Assembly (NCBI GenBank): GCA_050273025.1
Contig: CP158635.1
Location: forward strand, 24,242,001-24,306,000
Direction: 5' to 3'
DNA from: Cenococcum geophilum
Taxonomy: Eukaryota
DNA: 64,000 bases
The notes under the pieces are model-generated. The model did no database searches. It saw nothing but the letters and a program-made list of their open reading frames with translations, and was not told the DNA's origin. The translations under genes and the position numbers were made by a program. Shown here in pieces: positions 35,171 to 49,595 of the stretch (positions are counted from its first letter, which is position 1; each line of letters begins with the position of its first letter).

Positions 35171-38100
35171 ATGCCTCCTATTAGATCCTTTACGTTTAAT
35201 TATTATAACTAGTGTCACGGGACGGGGCAGTGGCTACAAGACGTATGTATTCGAGGAGTCTATAAGACGTTGCGCGATCGATCGTAAGGGTTGAGGGCGT
35301 AAGGAGGTGATATACCTACGCGTAGCTGATATAAGCTGTACGCGAGGTGTACGCGAGAGCACGGGGCTCTCCTATGGAGGCCCCTGCGGTAGGGTTCCGT
35401 GACACTACCCCCCCTCCTATAGAGGCGGAGCTCCGGCGACGCTGTGGTTACTATATATATATAGAAGGGACACTTAGGGTATAGAAAAGAAGAAAGGGGG
35501 GTATTGCTAAAGGCTTGAAACAATGTTATATGATAAGGCTTGGCATCTAAGAATCTGACCAATTAGACAACTTTAACCGCCGGTCGAAGTTCCTGAACAT
35601 CTCAACGATATTCCGGTCACGTGATTGTACTTTGCCGCAATCTAACGGCAATCTGACGGCAATTTGCCCCTATGTAGTAATGTATAACGGTTTAACTCTA
35701 TAAGGGCTCCTATAGAGGATTAGGTATAAAATCTCTGCTTGGGCCCGGTTTCTATAGGTTTATATAGTGAAAGTCGCTAATTAGATCCTTTACATTTTCG
35801 AAGTCTTCCTATAGTTGCTATTCTGGCTAATCTATATCGAATCCTGTGTATATAGCTCTATAGTAAAGCCGTCGTCCTCTGCCTTTGCTAAAGTATTTAG
35901 AGTTAATAATTCGTTTAACAGTCTACTCCTCATGGTTTTTGTCTTCGTTCTTGTCTCGGATTAGTACTGGTAGGGGTTTAGGCTGTGTTTACCCCGGTAA
36001 GGGGTTAGGCTAGTAAAGGTATAGTAGCTATAGGTAAAATATAGGCCATATCCCGCGGGTGGCTAGGGCAGGCGGGAGCTCTAGCTCGTATGCGGCTCCC
36101 CTGTTAATAACTTATTTAATTAGGTAGAGGCCGAGGTTCTTATAATCAAGTGACTTTATAGGCCTCTATATAGAGATATTGCGTGTATCTAGCTATACCT
36201 AGTTGCTAATACGCATCTCCGGTAGTGGCGTTTTATAATAGTTGGCGAAGTAGGCCTACTTTGCTTAAGCCTAGGCCATTTCTCCCTTATAGTAGTTGAG
36301 TAGATTTTTTATATGGTCTGTATGCTAGTTAGTAAGTAGCATCTTAAGGCGTTTTCCATATGGCAGTTTCTTATCAATAGGTTCTGGTGGTTCTATACCG
36401 GATTGGGGGTAATATCCCTTGTTCGCGAAGAACGGGGTAAGTCCTATAGTAGTTAAGACGTAGTTATTCGCTGCGAATTTACCTAGTAGGAGGTGATCTA
36501 CCCAGTTATCTTAACTATAGGCGACTACCTATTATAGGTACGCTTTTATGCTAGCATTAGCGTTTTCCGGTTGCCCAGTAGTTTTATAGTAGAAGGATAT
36601 AGATATCTTAACGGAGATGCTAAGGCGTTAGTAGATTCGTCTCTATATATCAAAGCTGAACTATATGCCTTAGTCAGACGTAATCAAGTTAGGTAACCTA
36701 TGTAATCGGTAAATTTCGCGGAGGAAGGCGTTAGTGATATCGCTGACAGCTACGCCTTTGGTTAGGACGTAGTGGCGCTCTTTTATGAGTCGGTATATTA
36801 TTATAAGGATGTTCTTATAGGTACGGCCATGTCGCTTATAGGGTGGTAGGTTAATAACGAAATCTATGGCGATATCTGCCTATCGTTATATAGGTACTGG
36901 TAGAGGGTGCAGTAGTCCTTGGTACTTTATATTAAAGGCCTTAGCGCGCTTATAACCGTAGTAGGCGCCTATAAAGCGTTTAACTGAGTCTATTATTTTA
37001 GGCCAGAAGTAGTATTGGCTAAGAAGCTTATAGGTTCCTCTTTTACTTGGGTGGCCGCTTAATCGGAGGTTATAGGCCATTTAGATTAGTTGCCGTTGTA
37101 GATTTTTTGAGTTGGGGATAAATAGACGGCCTCTATAATAGAGCCTGTTCTCTTTTACTTTTAAGGCTGCTATATTAATCTGGCCTAAGCTTTGGAGTTT
37201 AGTCGGCAGCATATAGGCGCTGGCGGTCTTTGCGGTAATAAGTTGATGCAGTAATAGGTTAATAGAGGTGTTATATACCGTGGTAATAAGCTCGTTGATT
37301 TTAGGAGGTGATTTTAGTTCTGTAGTATAGAGCTAAGGTACAGTTGGCTTTATTATAGGTAGTATACCTAGGGCCAAATTCCGTGCTTTTAGGATCGTTT
37401 GTTATTGGAACTGGTTATAGGGGTTATCTTTAGACTGAGGAAGGTCTTGTAAGCGGCGTATTAGGCTATTAGGCTTAGTACCTTATACTCCTAGCCTATA
37501 TACGATTTTGAAGTTAAAACTAGAGAGGATCTTGTTCTAGTGTGCTTAGTGTTAGTTTAGCTGTTTTATAGTTATAAAGTACTTAAGGTTGCGATAATCC
37601 GTAAGGACTTTAGTTAGCTAGTTAGGTTCTGCTAAGGAGAGTTCTAGTTAGAATTCCTTAAACGCTTATACGATCGCGAGAAGTTCCTTATTATAGATCT
37701 CGTAGTTATATTCTTATGGTATAAGCTTAGATAAATAGAATGCAACTAGGTGGAGGAGACTGTTGTCGCCTATTTGGGAGAGGATGCCTGCGTTAATGTG
37801 GTCTAAGGAGTTAGTCTTGAGATAGAGTTATCGTCCTAGTATGAAGTGAGCTAGAATAGGTGCTTTAGTAAAAGCATCTTTAAGGTCTTGGAACGCCTTC
37901 TTATATTTAGGCGTCTAGATAAAATGTAGATATGTTTTTCTTCCTTTTGCGGAAAGGCCCTTCGTTTGTATTATTGCTATAAGTGGTGCTATAACACCCG
38001 AGAAGTTATATATGAATTTTTAATAGAAGTTAGTAAAACCGAGGAAAGCTTGTACGTCTTTAATGCAGTTAGGGGTTTGCTATTTAGTAATTGTGCGTAC

Positions 38101-41100
38101 CTTCTTAGGGTCTATACGGACACCCTTAGTAGTGATAATTAGTTTAAGGTATTTTACTTCTGTGACTAAGAATTTGTACTTCTTTAAATTAATATAAAGT
38201 CCTGTGTCCCTAAGGCGCTATAGGACCTTTTAAACGTGCTCGGTATGCTTAGAAGGGTTATTGCTGTAAATAAGTATATCGTCTAGGTACGTAGAGTAGA
38301 AGTTATTAAGGTAGTCCCGTAAGGCGTTATTAATATAGCTTTAGAAGCTGCCTAGGCCGTTGTATATGCTAAAGGGTATAATAGTATATTTAAATTAGCT
38401 AAAGCGCAATGCGAATGCGGTTTTCTATTTGTTACCTTCTCATATTTAGAGGCGGTTAAAGGCGGCGATGATATTGAGCTTGGTATAGATTTTGGCTTAG
38501 CTAAGCCGCTTAAGAGTCTTATATATAAGTAGTACGGGGTATTAGTTCTTAATTGTGATAGTATTAAGTCCTCTATAGTCAACGCAGAATTAAATACCTC
38601 CTTTTAGCTTCTTAGTAAGGAGGATAGGGGCGGCTGCTAGGGACATGCTAGGGCGAATAAACCCTTTATTAAGGTGTTCGTCGATATACTTTTTAACAAC
38701 TAGAAGTTCGTCTTTTAACATTAGGTAGGGTCTTTTATAGGGTGGCGTTTTTCCTTATTTAATATTAATGGTATGGTTATTAGGTTAATGTGGGGGGAGT
38801 ATATTTGCGCTCTTTTATAAGCACACGTTAATAAAGTTATAGTACCTCTTAGGGAGGAGCTTGCGGAGTTCCTTATTAGTAAGTCCTTTTTTAAGCTTTA
38901 TAAACTTCTTAAAGTCTGAAGGTGAAAGTCCATAGAGTTCTGCGGGGGCATTGTTTTCTAAGAGGTTAACTATATTTATCCTATTATTATAGAGGACGTA
39001 GTTCTGTTCTTTATTAAGCTTATATAGTTGTAATTAGGAGGCTACGGTAATGGTCCAGCCTTTTCTACGTGCTATATAGTAGAAGGCCGCGGCACTTATA
39101 TGGTAGTAGTTAGTTGTGGGTAGGGTAATAAGGGGTTCCTTAGGTTAGTATTCTAGGGAGTAAATAGAGGCGGCTAGGCTATATCCTAGGCAGGTCTCTC
39201 TATAGTATTTAGAGTTAAAGGTTACTTTTCTCTTTTTCTAGTTAATGGCGGGGTTGTGTTATTTAAGCTAGTTTATTCTAAGGATAATAGAGTAGTTAGT
39301 AAGTGGTGTAATATAGGCCCAAAGTTCTTCCTGGTGCCTATTTATATCTAGGTGGAGTTGTACTATATAGGTAATCTTCTATGCGGTATAACTACCGTCG
39401 GCGAGTTGTAGGGCGCGGGCTTTGGTAAGGGGTAAGGTAGGTAGGTTATAAGTACGCACGAATTGGGTATCTATAAATTTATTAATAGCTCCGTAATTAA
39501 TTATAGAACGGCTTTTATATTATTTTTTGGCAGTAGTTCCTATTACGGGTAAAACTATCTATTTCCGTCTATTTATCTTTACTAAGTTATCTATTAAGCA
39601 GGCCGATATATAGATCCCCTTATTATTAGGGTGTCCTAACTTGCGACTTAGGGCTAGAACTTGGCGTTTTTTATTTCCGTATCCGACTCTACCGCTATTA
39701 CTATGTCTTTATCTTATACGGTAGTAGTATATAGCAATATATTTGGTGTTTGAGGTACTGGGTTAGGTATTAGGCGGCGGCTATTAAACCTAGCTATTAG
39801 GTAGTTTGGGCTATAGCTGTGATAGCCTTTTTAATAACATCTATAGCAACGCTTTAGCTTTTGGAGTAGCTTATATTCTCTATCTAGTAGCTTCTACGGG
39901 AAGGTTGGTATAGAAAGGTTGATATTAGGACTAGTAGTGTTACTTAGGGTAGTAGGTATTAGTGGTTTAGTAGGTCCGGAGGGCTTCTATAGGGAGGTCT
40001 TTAGGTAGGGGTTTATAGTAGCGATCTAATTTAGTTGTCGTTTAATCTTCCGTATAGCTGCTACTATATTATAAACATTATTATAGTTGTGGCTGGCGGC
40101 TGCGTAACTAAGGCGATAAGTGACTTTTTTAAGGAGATTTTCCTGGTCTTTAGTATCGTCTCAGGTAAGGGCTTTAGTGTATTCCTGGAATTTAACATAG
40201 AACTCGTTAAATGATTTAGTAGGGCTTATCTTTAAGGCACGTAGTTTAGCTTAGTTGGTAGCTAGTAGGTTATAGTCGCGGTATATTAGGTTAAGATTGT
40301 TAAGGACTTTTTGGTAGGACTACCACTTCTAGGGGCTATTGGTCTCCTATTAGGCGAAGAGTCTATTAAATAGTGTACCCTTTGTTTGCCCAATAATATA
40401 GCTAATCTTAATATCTTCCGTAGGAAAAAGGTAGGCGCTCTAAGTTAGTTTCTCGCGGATTTATATCTTTTAGTAGCTGTATTCTTTGCGGTCTCCCTAA
40501 AAAACTAGGGGATTAGGGTAACGTGCATTAGACCCTACAGTGGCAGCTTAGGTTTAGTTATTATAGCTTTTATTATTACTTTGGTAGGGGTTCCTGTTAA
40601 GTAAAGCTGCTTGGCGCTAACCCTCTGTTAAGCGTTAAGTAGGTGAAGTTGCTAGGGGCGTAGAAACTTGAGTGGCGTTATATATAGTAGAGAGGTGTCT
40701 AGCGTTATTACAAATGTGCTTATTAAGCTGAGATTATAGGTATTTAATTATGCCTTCTCTTTTAGTGACTATAGCAATAAGTGCGATCTTAGCCTTCTTT
40801 AACTGTTGGACGTCGCGTTTAGACACGTGGAGGTTATCTTTGGTTTCTTAACGCGTATTATTAGCGAGCGCCTCGCGAGCTTATAGGTCTTAAATAATAT
40901 CGCGATCTTAGGCAGTACGCATCTCGGCTTATATAAGCTTTAGGTAGTAGTTCTATAAAAGGCGGTAGTATTTATTGGGTTCTCGTGCTACCATTTTTAC
41001 AAACATCTCGGCGTCTTATATTTTAATTTTAATAGGTAGTAGCCCTTCCGCTTGCTTATCTGTAGTTATATAGTTAATAAAAAATAAGACATTATTGGTG

Positions 41101-42100
41101 TCTATCTCCTTAGGGGTTAAGGCTAGGGCTGATAAATTAAATTCTCCTGGGATTAATTGGCGTTATAGGTTGAGTATAGGTATTGGATTATTCTTTAGGT
41201 TTAATATAGTGGCTAGTAAGGAATATTGTCTTACTATTGTGGGTTCCTTAGAAGTATAAAGTGAGGTAATTTGTAGGTACGCTACTTCTAGTAGCGCCTA
41301 TAGTATTGCAGAGACGTAGAATTAGTTATAGGCTGGGTGTCGGTGGTAAAAAGGCGTAACGTAATGTCACGGGACGGGGCAGTGGCTATAAGATGTATGT
41401 ATTCGAGGAGTCTATAAGACGTTGCGCGATCGATCGTAAGGGTTAAGGGCGTAAGGAGGTGATATACCTACGCGTAGCTGACATAAGCTGTACGCGAGGT
41501 GTACGCGAGAGCACGGGGCTCTCCTATAGAGGCCCCTGCGGTGGGGTTCCGTGATAACTAGCTAGTGACGTTTATTTTATCGCTTAGTAAAGTTATACTA
41601 TCCTATTCTTAGTGCATAGAGAAGAAGTTAGTATATATTATAATCGCGTTTCCGTTTAGTTGCTAACCTTCTTTTTATACTAAGTATACGCGAGCGAACA
41701 TACGATTATCCTATAATATTTAATCTATCTCTAACGCTAAGTATACATGTCTTATTATTCTTTATAACCGTTTAGTTCCCTATCTAATCTTCTTTAGGGT
41801 CGCGCGTATTAATAGTGGCTAAAAAATTAGAGAGTAAGCTAGCTAAGGCCCTTACTAAGGTATAGTGTTATTCTAATAAGGTGTCTTAAGCTCTAAAAGC
41901 TTAACTAGATACTTATACTTGCCTAAGCCGTCTAATAAAGGTTTATAAAAAGGTACGCTTAAAAAAGCTTCGCTTAGTAGAGTAAGGTCTATTTAAACTT
42001 AATGCTAAGGAGGCTAAAAAGAATTCTAATTAAGTTAAGATTGAACCAGCTTATATACTAGTAGTGGATCCCCTAAATAATTTAGCTTATTTATTACCTT
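35171..42100 (+). pseudogene. Antisense Cys6 + coiled-coil gene of element E (35171-35212 joined to 41562-~42100; split by F)
   Basis: ATG at 35171 reads in frame across the F site once one TSD copy is removed: MPPIRS...ILSYS*CIEKKLVYII...PSFYTKYTRANIRLSYNI. GT..CTAAT..TAG intron ~41741-41797. Exon 2: ALKA*LDTYTCLSRLIKVYKKVRLKKLRLVE*GL. Homologous to the copy in G. Confidence 0.7.
35213..41556 (-). mobile_element. Gypsy chromovirus F, full length
   Basis: 192-bp LTRs 35213-35404 and 41365-41556; TSD ACTAG (35208-35212 / 41557-41561); PPT complement CTACCCCCCCTCC; RT YLDDILIY ~38266-38290; integrase GHPSKRGTY...YYFWP. Confidence 0.95.
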
Positions 42101-45100
42101 TAACTAATCCTTTTATCTTTAGCTCCTTTTTAATATTACCTAACCCGTTTTCTTTTAATACTTCTATACCTTTTCTATAGCATTCTTTAAATCCTATAAT
42201 AGTTCCTAGGTAGTCTTATTATAGCCTATCTACTTAACCTTATACTATATTTTATTGTTAATATTTTTATAACTAATAATCTTTAAAACTTACTATTTGT
42301 CTTCTTTTTATCCTTTATACGTATCTACTTTATAAATTAGTGGCTTAATATTCCTGTATACTGGCTCTAGCATTATAATATACTATATAGGGTAGATCTT
42401 TATCTTAGCTAGTAGGTTTAACTTAAATATAACTAGTAAAATCCTTTATATAATTTTAAAAGGTCCTAGTCTAACATAGTCTAACTTCTTACTTAGTTAT
42501 TAACTCTTAAAAAATTTATATAGTAGCTATACTTTATCCCCCTTCTTAAGATCTAGTCCCTTAGATCTCTTAGTGTTATAGTACCTTTTTATTCTTTTTT
42601 ATACCTTTTTTACTAATTTTATAGGGTCTATATAAAGATTTATTAATATCTTTATTCTTTCTTTAGCTATACTATTTATTTTCTTTACTTATTATAGTAA
42701 TAATAATATTCTTAGCTTATATCTATAATTCGCCTTAAATGGTAATGTGCCTATTTCTTTTTATAGTGTTATATTATATATAAACTATATAACTAGTAAT
42801 AACAATACCTAATTATTCTATGCGTAATTAATATAATGTTTTAAATACTATTCTAGCGTCTAATTTAATCTTTCTATCTATCCGTCCGTCTGCGGATAAT
42901 ATACTATTAATATTACTGCGCGAACCCCTTATTCCGCTAAAAATACCTTTTAGAATACTACTATAAATCTTAAATCTCTATCTAAGATAATCTTACTTAG
43001 TGCTCTATATCTTACAAACACTTCCTTAATATAGATTCTAGTAATATCTTCCGCTAAGATTTCTTCTATATATGCTATAAAGTAGCCCTATTTAGTTAAC
43101 TTATCTACTATTACTAGGATTATATTATACTTCTATCCAGTAATAGAATCTCTTAACTTTAGTAACTTAACGATAAAGTCCTATAATATAACCTCCTATA
43201 GTCTAGTATTTTAATAGGTTATAGCCCTTTATATAGCTTATACCTTATTAGTTTATTTCTTTAGCAATCTAAACACTTTTTTATTACTTTTCTGGCTATA
43301 CCCTAAATTCCGTTAATAATATATTCTTTTTAAAGTCTTAATACTAAGCCTGTTGCTCCGTTATGTCCTTAAGTTATTCCCTTATAAAAGTCTTCTACGA
43401 AATGCTCTGCTATACTCTTTAGGATATACTTTACTTCTTAATTTTTGTATATATCTATCTATAGATCTTCTAGCTATACTTTTAGAATTCTTTATACCTA
43501 AAAGCTCTTTAGTATCTTATAGACTCTTTTTAGTTCTCTATCCTCTTAAGTTACTACTAGTTTAGAGTAATTGTACCTAATTAACCTGTTATTATTTCTG
43601 TATAGTATTACTCCTAATAGTTTCTTATTATTCTATAGTTTAGCCTTTCTACTAAGTACGTCTACTCTTATATTCTTAGTTCCTTTAGTATACTAAATCT
43701 TAAAATAGTATTCTATAAGCATCTCTGCCTATCTAACTTATTTATAATTAAGTTTTTTATTATTAGAAACCCTATTAGGTTCTTATAATCCGTTTTAACT
43801 ATAAATAGTTTTTCTACGCCTTGTAAAAATGCTCTCTATTTTTAAGTACTATAACTATACTTAATAACTCCTTATTATAGATGTTATAGTTTAACTTTAG
43901 TAGTATTATTTTCCGACTATAGTATGCTACTAGATGCCATATATTCTTATACTTCTATAGTAAATATACTCCTAATATAAAGTTTAATATATCTATTTCT
44001 ATAACTGTGTCTAGTTCTAGTTAATAAATCTTAAGGATTAGCTCCTAGGTAAATAACTCCTTAAGTTCCTTAAATAGCTTCCTCTACTTATTGTTACGGC
44101 TTGTATAAATGCCTCTGAACTAAAGCTTGTAGAATACTGTATTACAAAGATACTAAGCTAAAGAGAAGGAAAAAGGGGTTGCTAGGACCGATGTAAACAA
44201 ATATATAGGGTAAGCCGCTAAGGCGCTAGCTTTGGGCGGGCCAATTATAGGTCGGTAGAATATGGCAGAATTTGGTAGGTAACGTACGATAGCGCCGTTA
44301 CATCACCCCCCTCTTTAAAAGAAAGCCTGCCTTTAGGCTTAGTTAGAAATAGGGTAGTACTAGGCTTATAAACATAGGATTACAAAATATAAGATAAGGA
44401 GATAAAGGGGATATAAGTACGTCCAGACTAAGTATAAAGGGCAATTGTGGGCTAAGTGGAAGTACTAGGCTAGAAAGAGTAGCCGCTAAAAGTCTTAGCA
44501 CGGATTTAACCAATTAGATAACTTTAACCGGCGGTTAAAGTTCCTAAATATCTAAAATTTTATAGTACTGGCAGAAAATAGTAGAATATAGTAGAATTTG
44601 GCAGATAGCTGTATTAGGGCTTTAGGGCGTTTTTGTCCCTATATTCTTCCGGTAACTTATTATCTTTATTATACTAGTATTTTATCTATTCGTCTAGGTA
44701 TTTTAGGGGTCCAGGTGTATTAGGGTATTAGTTATAGAATTTTTTAAGCTTCTAGGGGTAGCTTATAAAGTTCTATATAGGGTACCAGGTTAGGTTAGAA
44801 TTGTAGCCCTTTTATTAGATACGGTATTTTAGCGTTCCCTATACTATTTTATAGGCCAGTATTTTGTTAACCTCCTATTTATTATTACTATTTACTTAAA
44901 CTAGTAGGGGAGGCTCGTTCTTTTATCTAGGTAATAGGTCGTTTATAGCTTTCTATAACTTATCTAGTAAAAAAAATAGGGTAAACCCTAATTAAATTTA
45001 GGAGCTTTATTTTATATAAGTTGCCTATTTTCTTAAGAACCTTATACGGTCCTACTATTTAGTAGTCTAGCTTATAGCTGGGTTGTTTAGTTTTCCAATT

Positions 45101-48100
45101 TCTTATTATAACTTAGACTATATTACTAGGGGTAAAATCGGGCTCTTAACGGTGTTTGTTCGCCTACTGTTCTATTAACCTTTAAGCTTTTTTTAGGTTC
45201 TTGCGGGCTACTATCTAGGCCTCCTCTAATTATTTAGCGTACTATTAGGCCTTAGTATAGGATAGCTTCTCTTATATAGTCTGGGGTTCTTTTAGCCTTT
45301 TCTAGTTAAAGCTTATATAGGGTAAGTATTCTATTTCTAGCTAAATTAGGGTAAACCCTGTGGAGTTATGGGGTAAGGTTGCTTGCGCGTAGTTTATTAA
45401 GGGTAATAGTTTAGATTAATTATCCTAGAAATAGTTAATAAAGGGCCTAAGCCTCTAGTCTAGGTACTAATTTATAATCTCTATCTAACCGTCTATTTAG
45501 GGGTAATAAGCTATAGAAAGCTTTAGCTTAATGCCTAGGATCTAGGTAAACTTATTCTAGAAGGCTAATATAAACTATGGCCTATAGTTAGACATAATAG
45601 TATCTAGTAGTCTATAGATTTGGTAGACGTAATAGATATATAGCCGGGCTACCTCTTTAGTATTAAAGTTTTTGTAATAGGGAATTAAGAATAGGCGTTT
45701 ACTAAAGCGGTTAACTATAACTATAACTATATTATATCCATTACGGTCCCTAAGTAGTTTATAAAAGTCTATAAAAATATACTATTAAGGGCGCTCTAGT
45801 ATTAGGAGTGGCTTAAGTAGTCCTAGGGTCTTATCCTATAGGATTATAGCTCTTTAGCAGTCTTCGCAGTTCCGTATATATCGATTAATATTTATAACTA
45901 TTCTTAGCTAGTAGTAGCGGCAGTTAATAATTTTATAGGTCTTATTCTTGCTAGGGTATACTATAAAGATTTGGCAATAAGCTTTATAAATTAGTTTAGT
46001 CCGTAGATTGTTAATATTAGGGACTATAAGCCGCTCCTAGTATAGGAGTAATCCTTCCTCTATTTTAAAATTGGGGTTTCCTTTTATAGCTTATTCGCGA
46101 AGGGCCCTTAAGGCGTTAGCCATATGGTTTATAGTTAGGAGGTAGTTAATTAGCCCTATTAGCTTATCTAAGGACTCCTTTATTAGTGCTAGCTCGTTTT
46201 ACTAGGAGTTTAGCTTCTTAAGGATCTATAGGTTAAGCTATTCTAGATAGAAGAGGGCACGCGTCTAATATTAGGTCTTCAGCTTATCCTAGGGTCCTAT
46301 ATCTTATTCCCTTTAGGTTAGGGTATTAGCCTTAGAGTTTTGCTTACTAGAACAATATATAATTATAAAGAAGAATTAGGAGAGTATTTTAGCCTACTAG
46401 GCTTATTATTTAGTAAGCTACTTTATAGTTATAAAGTACTCTAAAGCTTTATAATCTATATATATCTTAATCTAGGAGTTTATACCTTTAAGCTCTGCGC
46501 GCTATTAAAAAAGTAATTAAATAATAGCTAGCATTTTTATTATTATGTATTTTATAGTTATACTTAGCTAAGTCTATTATCTTTAAGAAGAAAGCTATAG
46601 GGTACTATTTACCGTCTAGATGTAACTATAATAGGATTCCCACTATAACCCTATTAAAGGCGTTTGTTTTTAGCATTAATTTAAGGTCCGGGTTATAGTA
46701 ATAAAGGATTAAGGAAGAAATAAGCCGATCCTTTATCTCTTTAAAGGCTTTTATATAGCTATTATTAAAAATAAAAGGTATATCCTTCCTTGTTAGTTAT
46801 ATAAGAGGTTTTGCTATAATTCTATAGTTATAGATAAACTAGTAGTAGAAGTTATAAAAGCTAAGGAAAGATTAGATTTCTTTTACTATATAAGGGGGCT
46901 TTTAGTTACGGATTACCTCTACCTTTTTAGGGTTAACCTTAATTCCTTTTATAGTTATAATAAACCTAAGGTATTTTATACGTTTTACCTTAAACTTATA
47001 TTTCTTAATATTAACTTATAAGCCTATATTCTATAGTCTTTCTAGGACCTTTTTAACATAGACTTAATACTTAAGTTTGTCGTCTAAGTATATAAAAATG
47101 TTATCTAGGTATACCGTATATAATTCGTTAAGGTAATTAAAAAGAACATCATTTATATACCTTTAGTACGTAGCTAGTCCGTTTATTAGTTTAAAAGGAA
47201 GAACTTTATATTTATAGGAACTATAATAGGTACGGAACGTTGTTAAATCTTTAAATATAGGGTCTATCCTAATTTAGTAGAAAGCTTAGCGGATATTAAG
47301 TTTAGTAAAGATCTTTATCTAGCTTAGACGTATAAGGGTCTTATTAATTAAAGGAATAGGATACTGGTTTTTTTTAAGTAATAGCGTTTAGCTTTTAATA
47401 GTTAATATAAAAATAAAGGCCTCTATTAAACTTTTTTATAAATAGGATAGGGGAAGTAAAAGGGGCTTAACTTGGCTTAATAAACCCTTTATCTAGGTTA
47501 TTAATTAAGTACTACTTTATTGCTTTTAGCTTATCCGTTAATTAATAGTAGAGGGGGCTATAGCCTAGTAAGTTATTAGCTTCTAATTAAATCTTATAAT
47601 TATATATTTAGTAGGGGGGTAACTTATTTAAGGCCGCCTTTAAGAATATATCCTTATAGTCTATATAAATAGTAGAAAGGAGGCGTTTAACTAGTTCCTT
47701 ATTAGTTTCCTTAACTAGCCTTTCCTTTTTATTATTAATAATTTAGTTAATCTTATATAGGCTTATTATAAAGACCTTATTATCCTTCTGGTATATATTA
47801 AAGTGGAACGCTATAGCGCTAATTACGGTAATGTTTATAGTAGGGGGGTTACCTAATAATAGGGGCGTATATAACTTTAGGGACTTCTAGGGTATTAGCG
47901 TTATTATTACTCCTTTTAGCTCCTATTATATCTTTTAGAGGTTATTTTTTATATCCTATTAATACGTTCTTTTTTATACCGGTTAAATCCGTACGATTTA
48001 GACATTATTTACGTTACTATTTATCTTACTTCTGTATATAGAGTCCTCTTTAAACATAGCGCTTTAGGAGAGTATTTTTATTAGTATAGAGTTCTTTCTA

Positions 48101-49510
48101 GCTTTATAGCGGGCGTTTTTTTAAATAAAGGCTACGTCACGGGCCCGGATATCCTACTAGTAAATAGGGTTAGCCCTTACGGCTAGTATCTTACGGTTAG
48201 TTTGGATCTCCCTAATAAAGGAGGGTAACTTTAGTCTATCCTTTAGCTAGACAAACCGTCTTTATTATATGTTTAACTAAATATTAAAATAGGACATCTA
48301 TTTTTATCTAAGGATTATATAATAGGACCCTAGGTCTAGAATGTAAAAGGGGATACCGTATTAGCGTTATCTGTTAAGAGTAATATATAACTTTAAGATA
48401 TGGGTAACGGGCTAACTAGCTTGGCTATTATAGCCTTTTACCTAAATAGGCTTCTCTAGTCGGATGGCTTTTATATTTAGAAACTTAGTAACATTATTTA
48501 TATAGGCAGTATTTATAAAGGCGAAGCTATTTACTCTAGTGTTAATAAGGGTGGTTATATTAACTCTATATTTATTTTAAGATACTATATATAGAATTGT
48601 AAAATGCTTTTTACCTATTAACTAACTAAGATTAATCTCTTTAAGATTAATAGGGTACCCTAGGGGGGAGTCTTTCCCTAGGGTTTTTCTTTTCCTAACT
48701 TATTGGACGTTTCTCCTTTTTTTATCTCCTTAATATTGCCTATATCCTTTAGCTCTAGGCAGAATAAGGTAAAGTAACCCTACTTATTATAGTTATAGTA
48801 TATAGCCGAGGCAGGGTTAATTAGAGTATTATAGCAAATACTAGTTAATAGCGTAGTATATAACTAGTCGGGCAAGGCTCGCTAGTATATAGTTATAACC
48901 GCCTTTAGTATAAGAGTAGTTATAACTTATCTTCTTACTCTAGCTTCTATAGGTATAGCTAGCAAGTTCTAATTATTATGGAGTTACTTCTACTAATTAG
49001 GGCGGGTATTAATCCGCTTTAGTTTTAAGTCTAATTGTTAGGAATATAGGCAAGTTGCCGTTACGTGCGGCAAGTTGCCGTCACGTGTCGCCGCGGCACT
49101 AGTGTGGCGAGGAGCCTTAAGCTCCTCGCCTCCCCCCTAATAAATAATAGAACAATAATTATTATACTATCTACGAACCGTAGCTACGTGAGATCACCTT
49201 ATGTAACTAACACTAATTAGTGGTTAACTTTATAGTTATACCATAAAACAGCTAGGTATTACTAAGAAGAGATGAGCCACTATACCAGTGCTACTCGTGC
49301 TAGAGGAAGCTGTTTTTTAAGGTTAGAACTAGTCCTAAACCTTAAATAAAACTCTTCTACAAATTTAAGGATCTAAAAGGCCAGAACTGGTCCTAAGCCT
49401 TTCCCAGATTATAAATTCTTGCGTCCATTATATAGAACAACACGCTTTATAAATCTTCGCGATTTAAGGCTAAAACTGGTCCTAAGCCCTATAACCACAA
49501 ATATACGTTA

Positions 49511-49595
49511 TAAACGCGTACTAAATAATAAACGCGTACTAAATAATAAACGCGTACTAAATAATAAATACATATTACAAACGCGTACTAAACGA
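49511..49595 (+). repeat. 18-bp tandem repeat (AAACGCGTACTAAATAAT) x3 plus a partial fourth copy in the Copia-2 leader
   Basis: Directly visible; each unit carries ACGCGT. Confidence 0.85.

Larger units (their letters stand above)
34406..44091 (-). mobile_element. Gypsy element E (family G), 3' LTR back to RNase H; hosts a solo LTR, F and B2
   Basis: LTR 34406-35062 is partly the reverse complement of the G LTR; PPT complement CTATCCCCTTCCTTTTT at 35063; 42150-44090 is collinear with G pol (61260-63200). Confidence 0.9.

Noticed and set aside
34401..35212. Target-site preference for (C)TAG, since ACTAG occurs twice and other TSDs contain TAG
   Set aside because: RIP converts CAG/TGG to TAG (the C homologue reads ACTGG), so the similarity is probably secondary.
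35535..35603. Motif A as a hammerhead or other known ribozyme
   Set aside because: I find no CUGANGA/GAAA core or other catalytic consensus on either strand by eye; a covariance-model search is needed to exclude it fully.
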